NCBI GenBank assembly: GCA_958009085.1
Contig: OY253668.1
Span: 2,108,001-2,148,294 of the forward strand
Direction of reading: 5' to 3'
Length of the DNA stretch: 40,294 nt
DNA from: Protoeuglena noctilucae
Taxonomy: Eukaryota
Under the pieces are notes generated by a model, which saw only the letters and a list, made by a program, of their open reading frames with translations, made no database searches and was not told the DNA's origin. Positions 11,783-22,850 of the stretch are shown piece after piece (within the stretch, counting starts at the first letter, position 1; each line of letters begins with the position of its first letter). The position numbers were made by a program, and so were the translations under genes.

Positions 11783-13236
11783 TCATCCCTGCCCCCGCGC
11801 CCTCTTGGCCAATGGCCCAGGGCTCCCTCCGCCCTCTGCCCCCTCGTCTCCCCTCCCGCGCCTCGTGGCCCCACTGCCACGCGCCCCCGGACCGGACACC
11901 ACCACCACCACGTCATCATCATCCTCCGTCTGCCCCCTGCCCGCCACCCCTCCCTCGTCCTTCTGCATCCCCCGCTCTCCTCCTCCCACGTCTAACACCC
12001 CGCTCTGCCCCCCTTCTCCCTTAACTGCCTTGCCCGCTTCCCTTACGCCCTCCTCCTCCTTCACTGCCCCACCCACATCCCTCACGCCCCCCTCCTCCTT
12101 CACTGCCTCACCCGCCTCTCCCCGCAACGTGGCAACCGGCGATGCCTCCCCCGCCGCCCCACCCTTCCTCGCATGCGCCGCGAACATGGCCGCCACCGTC
12201 TTGTTCTTGCTCTTGAGTGGCGACACGCACTGCGGCCCCTCCAGCTCCCCCTGCTTGTTCAGCTGGGTCGTCACCCGGTGCCACGCCAGCCGCGGCGCTG
12301 CCTCGGGCGCCGACAGACGCCCCAGGGCCTTGGGGTCCAGGCGTGACGCCAGCCACGCATCGCAGTCACCCGGCCTGGCCAGCATCACCGGCATGCGGTC
12401 GTGCAGGAACGCGACGTGCTTGCTGGCCTCCGTCGTCAAGACTGCGCGAAGGGCAAAGGTGCCAGGTGCTGCTGCCGTGCCACTGCCGCCCATGCACAGC
12501 GCACGCAACCACCCATGCACCCCCGCGCCTCCCCTCACTCGTGCATGTGCACAGGGGCTCCCCTCCCTCGCCCGTCCAAGTGTCCCACAGCCCCGCGAGC
12601 CACAGCACGGGCGCCTTGCCCCCCTCGACCGACGCGCCCTCGGGGTAGATGTAGTACGGCTGGCGGACCCTCTTGCTCCCCAGCTCTGCCTCGGACCTCC
12701 ACTCGTAGAAGCCATTGCTGAGGACAATGCAGCGGTGCGTGGACAGCAGCCGACCGAAGACGGGCTTGGCGTCTACCGTCTCGGAGCGGGCGTTGAACAT
12801 GCGGTAGAAGTCGGGGCGCTCCCCTGGCTTGGTGAAGCTGCGGCAGAGGGCAGGGGTTGGTGGGGCATGCAGTGCTGGCAGTGCTCGTCGCCATGAGGGG
12901 GCAGGCTACTGTTGTTCTGGTGCTGCTCACACCTGGGCACCAGACCCCATCGCATGGACTGGAGGCATCGCTGGCCGTCCTCAACCCTCACGACGGGCAC
13001 CCAGCCCCCCGGGCCCACGTTGTAACTCTCTGCGCTTCCACAGAGGTGGAACAAGAACGGATGGAGCCACACGAGTTGCATGGATGAGAGGAAAACCAGC
13101 TTGTACACTCAACGGGAAAACTCGTCTCATCAGCTTTACCTCGATATCGTTCCGAGTCTCGCCACCTCGACGGATCGACGCCAGCGGCCTCGCAGGCCTC
13201 GGCGTGGCTCAGCGACACGCGCATACGCCCGCACAT
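11783..13236 (-). CDS. HMCES: SRAP-domain abasic-site processing protein (HMCES/YedK family)
   Basis: N-terminal MCGR (catalytic Cys2), SYNVGPG, MRWGLVP, MFNARSET, GFYEW, AGLWD and LHDRMP across 4 exons, followed by a low-complexity C-terminal tail. Confidence 0.93.
11995..12110 (-). repeat. ~3 copies of a 39-bp (13-aa) coding tandem repeat in the HMCES tail
   Basis: ACTGCC recurs at 12024, 12063 and 12102 (period 39); peptide AVKEEGGVRDVGG / AVKEEEGVREAGK / AVKGEGG. Confidence 0.7.
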
Positions 13237-13559
13237 GCTCCGAGAGGGTTTCTCGCACACTGCCGACGGCCCATCAAGGTACTTGACCCTCACGGGCAGC
13301 ACCTGCTCGATGGAGGCGGGGCAAAGACGCGATTCAGAAGCAATCGTTCAGCGCCAGCCCAAGAGCTTCGATGTCAGCCGCCCCATGCGTCCTCCAAAAG
13401 ACGCTTGCGTCTGCCCTGACCACCTTCACGTTCTGCTCGACTGAGCCTTAGCCTTGCTTGTCCGGCTGCCTGTGGCATCGCCCATCGAGGAGGCAACGGG
13501 CCTGCAACCGGCCCCCGCATCCCCGCCGCTGTCGTGGCCGCCCTGCATCTTGGCTGTTC

Positions 13560-14714
13560 ATGTCTCAAAACACGATCGGCATGGCCAACTACTTGCGCAG
13601 GGTGTTCCCGGGGTTCCTCAGGAAGCTGGAAGTGAGGCGCGCCTTGCCCGGCGGCCATGTCGACTGCGTCGCGTCCTATCGTAACGTTTTCATGAGTATA
13701 TCGTCTCCCTCTTTCTGCCTGTGTGGCTCTTTTGAGATGGCGGCCGCTGTCCGTCGAGCACGCGGCAGCGAACGTGGCGGGCTCCATCGCAAGGCCCCCC
13801 TGCCCGGTTAGAGCATCATGGGCCGTCCCGGGGCGCATCACGCAACTCTATTTTGACTCTCTTCTGACTCTACGCTTTCCAGCGCTGGTTTGCGGGTGGA
13901 TCGCGGCGCGGCGAGCTTGTGCATCATTCCCCACCCCCTCCTCCTCGCCCAGGTCACCAAGCTCGGCGAGGTGACGGCGGAGGTCAAGTCGCCGGAGATG
14001 TTCCCGGCCTTCCTGACGGCCCTGCGCGACGACGCCAACCTGCAGTTCCGGACCTTCATCGACATGACGGGCGTGGACTGGCCGCACCGGGAGCGGCGCT
14101 TCGACGTCGTCGTCCACCTCCTTTCCACCTTTAACTCGCAGCGCATCTGGGTCAAGACCGACGCGGGCGAGTGGGCGCCCGGGGGCACGCACTCGGGAGT
14201 CCCTCCGGCGCCCCGTTCGCGCCCGCGACGCGTGCGCCTCCCTCCCCCGCAGACGAGGTCAGCCCCGTCCCTAGCGTCACTTCCATTTTCCCCGCCGCAT
14301 TGTGGGCAGAGCGCGAGACCTACGACATGTTTGGCGTACGCTTCACGGGCAACCCCGACCTGCGCCGCATCCTGACGGACTACGGCTTCTCCGGGCATCC
14401 CCTTCGCAAGGACTTCCCTCTCTCGGGCTACACCGAGGTGAGGAGCGGCGGAGCAGACGCGGGCGTGGGTCCAGGGTCCCGCACTGTGCCGATCGACGGC
14501 GTGCCCCATCCGTTCCCGGCCCTCCCAGGTCCGCTATGACGACAGTGAGAAGCGCGTGGTCATCGAGCCGCTGGAGCTGACGCAGGCCTACCGCCAGTTC
14601 ATGCTCTCGTCGCCGTGGGAAACGCGCATGGACGACAAGGTCCGCGTGGAGGCGGAGCCGGGGGCAGCGGGGGGAGCGGCCGCGCCGGCGGCGGAGGGGG
14701 CGAAGAAACCTTGA
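13560..14714 (+). CDS. NDUFS3: NADH:ubiquinone oxidoreductase 30 kDa subunit (Nad9/NDUFS3), 4 exons (13560-13631, 13953-14166, 14253-14437, 14529-14714)
   Basis: Motifs [78 protein letters not shown] and SPWE. Intron 2 is GC-AG. Start codon less certain. Confidence 0.93.
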
Positions 14715-15123
14715 TGGAAGGGCCGTGGGTGTGCTTTGCATCAGGGCATCAGTGTGTATGCCACTCGACAGCGAGCCCTGGCGACGCAGCAGGGGCGTAG
14801 TGCGGCGCCATGAGTATGCCGCGACTTCAAGACTGCATAGAGACTGCGCATGAATGATGAAAATGCCATTGTGACTTGCTTGCACCCCTGCGACGCATGT
14901 TTCGTTGCACTGGCACCGAACCCGTCGCATGGAGGTGGCTGCAAGCTCAATCCCCCCTCGCATCTGCCCTTCCGCCACATCATTGCGCTGTTGTCCGCTT
15001 TGTCACGGCGCACGCGAGGCTCTGTCCCACGGTGTCACCACGTGGCACCGGGCTGAAGCTTGTGGCGCCTGGCATGGTCGAGCGGCGTGCGCCGTAGCAC
15101 GGCTGAGGCTTTTAATAGTTGCC

Positions 15124-18100
15124 ATGCTGTCGCCGCTGCTCACAACCTTGCTTCTGGCCTTGGTGGGATGCGGTTTTGCATGGGGCCTCTCTGCCACCAC
15201 TGCAGCTGGCGGGGAGACTGGCCAGGGTCCCTACGATGTTGTTGGAAGAGCACTGTCGTCCTGTGAGTCTCGGATACGTGGCCCCCTTTCTTCTCGTGCC
15301 GCGGCTCGCGCCTTTCAGTGCCATTGCCCTTCGTGCGCGCTGCGACGCTTCGCGGCCCTCCTGCGGTTACGGTGCGCTGCGTTCGAGTGTAATTATGCGA
15401 GTATCGCTTATTATTGCGGATGTCGACTTCCGAAAACGCTGGCGTGCCCCGCAGCGCTTGATGAGATGTCGCCCATCACGCCTACTCTTACCGCCGAGTA
15501 CTCCGCGGCCTTCGCGTGGGGCGAGGAATGGCGCGTGATGCTAGACTTCCACCAAGTCGTGACAGGCAAGGGTCGAAAACAAGATGTGCTGTGCCTTTCA
15601 GGGATGCGCCTCGCGGCAGAGTCGCCATTCCCCGCTGTACCATGTCCGCAGCCACTGCCGAGAATCTGCCGAGCTTCCTGCACGCCCCCTCCGCCGGCGC
15701 CACCCCTGCCGACACCTCGACACCGACCTCCCACTACGTGGTGCCCGACGAGGTGCCCAGCGCGGTCCCCTCCCGCCGCTTGGCCGATGCCCAGGACCCT
15801 CAGACGACGAACGTGGCCTACGTCCGCGTGGTGTCGTACGACCCTTCGACGGGCGTGGCGCGGCTGGCCGTGGGCATCGCCTCGCCCGGCGACGTCGTGC
15901 TGCACCTCAGCAACCTGACGCAGGTCAAGATGGGGCAGATGCCGATCCCGCTGATGGACTCGCAGTGGAGGCGCGTGCCGACCGCCACCATCTGGGGCAA
16001 CGCGGCGGGCGCGACGGGGATGATGAGCCAGCTGCAGCCGGCCGTGTCGGGGATGGCCATGACCAGCGCGGGCATGGCGGCGGGGGGACTGGCGGCCGGC
16101 GCGGTCGGGGCGGCGTCGGCGGGGTCCGTGATGGGAACCCTGTCGATGCTGTACGTGGTGCAGGTGAGGGCGACTTGTTCCGTCGCACCGCTGCATGCAC
16201 CACTGCGTCAACTCTCTCTATCAACAATCGCCTCCCCTGCCCGCAGCGACTCGGCGCGCTGGCCAACCTCACCCCACCCACGCTCGACTGGCGCGTCCGT
16301 GACGCCACCATGGCCCTGTCCGGCGTCTTCGACATGGGAAAGTGGCACACGCCCTTTGACGACCAGGTCTTCCGCCAGGCCATCGAGCGCGGCCTGGATC
16401 CGGGACTGACCGCCCAGGCCATGCCTGGCAACAGCGACCCCCAGATGCGCGCCACGCACGGCGCCATGACGGACGGCGACTGGGGCGATCTCATCGACTC
16501 CTCCATGCTCGTCCAGACCGTCCGCCGTGTCTTCTGGTCAGCCATCGTCCTCGCCGCCGTCGCCCTCGCCCGCCCCGCCCTCCGCGCCTCCTGGGTCGCT
16601 CTCATGAGGCGCCGCGCCTCGGCTCCACCCGGCAAGACCCACCGCGCCCGGGCCGCCGCGCACGTGCCGGCGTTCCTGGAGGTGAGTGAGCATGCAGAGG
16701 AGAGTGAGAGCAAGAGAGTCGCTGTCTCGTGCGCCCCCTCAACCACACCGGCACTCGCACCGTGCGCAGTTTCCCACTCCTGAGGTGTTCACGGCCCTGG
16801 CGCTGCTCCCCTGCGTGGCGGGCGCGGCCGGGTACCTGACGCAGGGCGCGAGGGGGGAAGTGGCGGCGGCGGCGGTGCTGGAGCTGGCCCTCCTCGTCCT
16901 CCTCCTCCTCGCCGGCGTGTGGACCGTCCGGGGGCAGCTCCTCCTCTTCCCCGCCGAGCGCCACCTGGCCTTCGTGGTCGAACAACGCGACCTCTGCAGG
17001 CGAGAGGGACACCGTCGCTACTGGGACCCAGATGTGCTTTGATGAACCATCGCTTGATCCAACCATGCGACTTGCGCCGTGCTCCCCAGGTGGCTCCGGC
17101 GGCAGGAGGAGCGCTCGGCCTCGCGCCTCTCGTGGCTCACGGCCTGGCTCGGCGTGGGCCGCGTGCGCCCACCCGGCGAGTGGCGCCCGCAGACGGACCG
17201 GGGACGCGCGGCCCTGGAGCACATGGGGGCGCTCTTCGACGGCATCGCGGGGCCACTGGCCGTGCGCCTGGGCGCCTCCTACGACGTCATCGGCTTCTGC
17301 CCCGTACCGGACGATTCCACTCATGCGGACCCCAAGCCCAGCACGGACGCCCTCTCCGACCGCACCGCACCCACCGCCCCCGTCCTCGGCCACGCACGCC
17401 CTCCCTCGGACCCCGAGGCACCCCCGCCCCGCACGCGCCGCCAGGTCTTCATCCCCCGCCTCAACCGCGGCGTCCTCGTCCCTGTCGCGGCCGTCGTGGG
17501 CACCAAGCTCCCCGCCCTGTCTCGGGCCAGGCGAGTTATCAGGGTGGATGGGCAGGGGACGGGGCATGGCATCTGTGTTACTCGCCGCGCTAGGTCGCAA
17601 AGCATCGCGTGTATGCACATGTCATACCAGGCAGTCAAACAGTCCATCCGCTGCCCTTCCCGCTCTCCCAGATGGCTCGTGTCTCAGTACCTGTCCGTGG
17701 CCGTCCCCACGACTCGCACGCTCCTCCTCGCGGCCATCATGTCGCTCACGGCCGCGCTCCCCATGGGCGCCGGCACGCGCACCAAGCTTGCCGTGACGGG
17801 CGCCGCCGCCTCCCTCCAGGCCCTGTCCTTCCTGACCGTCGTCGTCCTTGCGCCCTTCGCGTCACCCGCGCAGCAGGCCGTGGAAGCCCTCACCTCCCTC
17901 GGGGAGACCCTGTCCTACACGGTGAGGTCGCGCCCCAGGCGTCCTCATTGCACCCCGCCCCGCCGACGAGGCGGCTCGCGCCAGGCGGTGACGCCCACCG
18001 CCGTGACTCCCACCCATGGCGTCCCCGCAGGTCATGTTCGGTGGCTACCTGACGACGTGGCACGCCGAGCGCATGGGCGGCACGGCCCACGCCATGCAGG

Positions 18101-18831
18101 CCATGAGCACCGGCCAGACCCTGGGATTCGTGTTCTCCGCCGCCCTCCTCTTCGCGCTGCTCGCCAACGGCGTCGGCCAGATCTACTCCCTCGTGTCCAG
18201 CTACCGCACCGCCCGCGAGCTCATTGCCCGCGCCCTCGAGCGCACCAAGTGAGAGGCGCCGCTGCACAGGTGGAGTGGCAGGCCCTGGAGAGCACCATGC
18301 GTGGGGCTGAATGCACCTTGCTCTGCCGCACGCAGGCTGGCGGACCGTCTCTGGGCAGCAGCCAAAGGCGAGAGCCGCCGGAAGGCGCGGTGCCAGGGCG
18401 ACACGACCCTGCTGGCCAAGAAGTACGCGAACCGGTGGCTGGGGCGTGCGCTGCGGAGGGAGCTCCCGGGGTGGCCGGGCATGTACGAGCTGGACGGAGA
18501 GCAGGAGTCGGCCCTGCGCCTCTGGCACCTGACGCGAGCGGTGCAGGAGGCGGGGCTGGGGGCCGAGGGGACGCTGCTGCAGCGCCTGCGGATGGGGCGC
18601 AACGCGGACGACGGTGCTGCGGAGGGCACGGCGGTCGGGAAGGGGAGCTTCCTGCAGAGGGTCGTGCAGCGGGGGACCTCGCGACGGGTGGCAGACTCGG
18701 GGAGCGAGGGCGTCCCAGATGCCTCCCGCCCACGGCGTGGGCCGAGCAAGGGTAATGGCATCCCCTCACGCGTGCGGTCCCAGGTACTGCTGATGGCCAA
18801 CAGCACGCGCGTGATGCGTGGAGATGAGTAG
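15124..18831 (+). CDS. Multi-pass membrane protein with signal peptide and extracellular domain (possibly TRP/PKD2-like transmembrane module)
   Basis: Signal-peptide-like MLSPLLTTLLLALVGCGFAWG, about 9 exons joined in frame, and several hydrophobic segments (VFWSAIVLAAVALA, VLELALLVLLLLAGVW, LSFLTVVVLAPF, LGFVFSAALLFALLA). TAG at 18829-18831. The family assignment is weak. Confidence 0.65.
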
Positions 18832-19820
18832 GTATTTTAGCGAGCTCCATCCATTCAGTATCCAGGCTTTGAGCAGGCTTCGAGCAGTGCAGTGAGCAGG
18901 AATAGCAGTACAGAACTAGTCATCGGGCTTCTGGCCTGCCAGTGACAGACGCCAGTGCGCCTTGTCCGTTGCGGAATGCTTGAATCCGGTTACAGATTGA
19001 GGTCTCTAGCATCTTGCAAAGCGTCGGCGCCTTAGGCAGGGGCATATCTGCTTTTCGGAGTCGCGGCGCGGCGGTTTTGGGGATCGGCGGGACGCTATGA
19101 TGGGCGCTTCGTGCCTTGCGCACGCAAAATCGAGCGTAAGCTATCGGCTGGGATCGGCGGATTCGGCGCAGCCCAGGCGGGCGGGTGCGCGGCAAGGTGG
19201 GTCATGCCGCAGAGGGCCCGGCGCAGCGAGGAGCGAAATGGTGGCCCAAGCCTTCGTACGGCTGCTATCGGCGCGGCGCATCGCGACCCTCCGCTCGCCG
19301 CCATCGCTCTCGGCGGGTCCGCCAGGGGATGCTGAGGTGGAGTCCCTTCGGCAAAACGTGTCTTTCAGAATCGCTCCAGCGCCCAGGCCGCGTCCATGCT
19401 CTATATGTAATGCCGTTTTATCCGCCCGTTGCTCTCCTTGCGCCAACGGCTGGTCCAGCGCGCCCGTGGCAGCGAGGGTGTTGCCACAGCCATCAAGCTT
19501 TCCACGGCCCGTGCGCCTGTTTCCTTGGCTTTTCTCGCGCACCGTTGTTTTCCATCCATGCGTTGTCGGACCCTGACCTCGCCACCATCGACTTGCAGAG
19601 GTCAGGGAGGCCGCCGGCGCCGCGGGCACTTGCGCTCAGCATTGCGCGGCTTAAATCCATGCCACGGGCGCCCCGCACGCGTCCGCGGGGCGTGTTTATG
19701 GCTGCAGCCGCTCCTGTTATTCGCTAATTCGGCATTGCACTCGCCGTTGCGCCCTCCGGCGACGCAGCGCGGCGCGACGGCCCGCGTGACGCGCTGCCGC
19801 AACCCCCTCCGCGCCTGCAG

Positions 19821-22635
19821 TGTCCGCCGCGGCCGTGGCATCTCCGTCCAAGCGCGCGACGGCCCAAGATGTGGCGGACGTGGGTCTGAAGGACGTGCCC
19901 CTGCGGTCCCTGTTCCCGGATGAGCCCCCGCGCCCGGCCCCGGGATCCCCCAAGCTCCGGGTGGCCATCGTGGGCGGCGGCCTCGCAGGGCTGTCCACGG
20001 CCGTCGAGCTGCTCGACCAGGTGATCACTGACTCGCAGCTGCAGCGGCTGGACAGCACTAAATGGCCGTGCAGCACCAACCGCACTCGGCTCGCCCCCCC
20101 TCTGCCGCCCAGGGTCACGAGGTGGAGGTCTTTGAGCAGCGCCCCTTCCTGGGCGGCAAGGTGGCGTCGTACGTGGACAGGGACGGCAACCACGTGGAGA
20201 TGGGCCTGCACGTCTTCTTTGGCTGCTACTTCAACCTCTTCCGGCTGATGGCCAAGGCGAGCCGCGACGGGACGCGTCGAGCGATGCAGGGACTCGCCCG
20301 CGCGATGTCACCAGTAGCCTGCTCGTGGGGACACCGGCACTCCGGCTAGATGTTCGCCCCGCGACTTCTGCCCCGCGCAGTGTGGGGTGCTGGAGAACCT
20401 GCTTCTCAAGGAGCACGTCCACACCTTCTGCAACAACAACGGCGACGTGCGGCCCCTCGACTTCCGCCTCTTCGTGGGCGGCACCAAGATCGGGGCGCCT
20501 CTGCACGGCATCAACGCCTTCCTCACCACGCCCCAGGTGTGAGATGGGGCAGAGACCTGGACTGGACTGGATGCATGCGTGCCTCCCCAGCTGACCGCAT
20601 CCCCTGCCCTGCCCCCTGTCGCAGCTCGAGCCCGTGGACAAGCTGGCCAACTCGGTGGCCCTGGCCACGTCCCCCATCGTGCGGGCGCTGGTGGACCCCG
20701 AGGGCGGCATGCGCGACATCCGTGCCCTCGACAACATCTCCTTCACCGAGTGGTTCCTCAAGCAGGGGGGCACGCGGCAGTCCATCAAGTAAGCATGTAA
20801 CTATTCGTTCACCTGTGCCCACGACACGGCGCGTGCCACCCACGCCTCTGTCAAGAGCTCTCCAAACATCCACCCACCGTGACACTTCCCCCCAGGCGCA
20901 TGTGGGACCCGATCGCCTACGCCCTGGGCTTCCTCAACTGCGACCAGATCTCCGCCCGGTGCATGCTCACCATCTTCCAGTTCTTCGCCACCAAGACGGA
21001 CGCCTCCGTCCTGCGCATGCTGAACGGCGCGCCGGCCGAGAGGCTCGTCAAGCCCATCCTCGAGTACATCCAGGCGAGTCAGCGAGCAGTGCACAGTGCA
21101 CCCACGCTCAGCCATGTGAAGCCCTGCCTGACTGCCTCGTCTGCCATCTCGTGCAACTGCATGCTTCCACCGCTGCCCTGCAGTCCAAGGGTGGCAAGGT
21201 GCACACGCAGTGGGGCTGCAGGGAGGTGCTCTACCAGGACGGCCCCGAGGGGACGCCCGTGGTGACGGGGTTGCGGATGGGCAAGGGGTCGCAGGAGAAG
21301 GCGAGCGGGGAGCGGGGGTGCAAGGGCAACCAAGCCGCTCCTCGTCGCCCGCTGTCCTCCCTCATCCCCCGCGCCTCACTATTCTCAGATGGTCACTGCC
21401 GACGCCTACGTGGCGGCCCTGGACGTGCCCGGCGCCAAGAAGCTCATCCCCCAGCCCTGGCGCCGCTTCCGGCAGTTCGACGACATCCACAAGCTCAAGG
21501 GGGTGCCCGTCATCACCGTCCAGCTGCGTTATGACGGATGGGTCACAGAGCTTCAGGCGAGAACAGCCACAGTCGTGCTGAAGCCATGCGCATGACCCCA
21601 CCACCCCACTCCGGCACCGCCCCTGCACCACCCTTGCCAAGCCGCCCTCCCCGCCCTCCCCGCAGGATTCTGCGGCCATGCGCAAGGTGGGCAAACGCTC
21701 CGAGGCCCCCGCCCGTGGCCTGGACAACCTGCTCTACTCCGCCGACGTCGACTTCTCCTGCTTTGCCGACCTCGCCCTGGTGAGGCGGCGCAGCGCATGC
21801 CGCTACGATCGCAAAGGGCCACCGCGCCATCCACGAATCCATTCTTGAGTCCATCCAGGGTAATATGCTGTAGCACCCTTTGCAGTAACCTCTCTGTGTT
21901 CCATCAGACGCCTAAATACTGGACACTTCCCATCCCGGTCCCTTGGCAATCTCGCTCTCGATCCTCTGCCCCCCTCAGACGTCCCCCGAGGAGTACTACC
22001 GCGACGGCCAGGGCTCCCTGCTCCAGTGCGTCATCACCCCCGCGGACGCCTACTTCCCCATGACAAACGAGGCCATTGCCGCCAAGATCCACGAGCAGGC
22101 CATGCGCCTGTTCCCCTCCGCGCGGGGGCTCAAGCTCACCTGGCACTCGGTCGTCAAGATCGCACAGTCGCTGTACGAGGAGGCGAGGGACGCGGGAGGG
22201 GCGCAAGAGGGGCACAGCGGCACGAGTGCGTGTCGTCGTGGCCCTTGCCTCTCACCCGCCTGCGTCTGCCATTCCCCCAGGCACCGGGCATGGACCCCTA
22301 CCGCCCCGACCAGCGCACGGTGGTTCCGAACTTCTACCTGGCCGGGTCGTACACCAAGCAGGACTACATCGACTCCATGGAGGGGGCCACGCTGTCGGGT
22401 GAGAGTTTGGAGTCGGCAGTTCCACACTGCTCTCACTGCCAGCAGTCATATCCAGGCCAGGCATAGCGCAATCCTCAACTCTTGCTGGTCTCTTTGCATC
22501 GCATCCCAGTGAGGCGCCCTGCCACCCACCCACCCCCTCCCTTCTCCCCTCCCAGGCCGCCAGTGCGCCTACTCCATCATCGAGGACGTCGCGCGGATCC
22601 AGGCCGCTGCCACCACTGCCACCGCCAAGGCCTGA
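19821..22635 (+). CDS. ZDS: Zeta-carotene desaturase (plastid); first transit-peptide exon upstream of 19821 not resolved
   Basis: Motifs [82 protein letters not shown] and [23 protein letters not shown]. Eleven exons placed; 5 of the 10 introns between them have GC donors. Confidence 0.96.
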
Positions 22636-22850
22636 GCCGTGACTCTGATGCTGCCGCCAGCGCACCGCGCATTCAAGGGCTGGCGCGGCAACGCAACGCC
22701 GTGGCAGTTGAGGGTTGAAGTGCAGCGAGCTAGCCGATCCCGCAAGGCTGCTTTCGATCCGCGACGCGTCTAGAGACAGGCACGCTCCCGCTTTCACGCG
22801 GCCCGCCCCTCCCTCGCGGCTGTAGGCAGCCAGCTCCCGTCGCCGCCCCA

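Noticed and set aside
196..13451. Possible TAG/TAA stop-codon reassignment (in-frame TAG at 196-198 and 13449-13451)
   Set aside because: No in-frame TAA/TAG occurs in the conserved exons of SOD, ZDS, gatB, RPB5 or NDUFS3. gatB ends at TAG where expected, and the TAG at 196 falls inside a plausible GC-AG intron (186-251).
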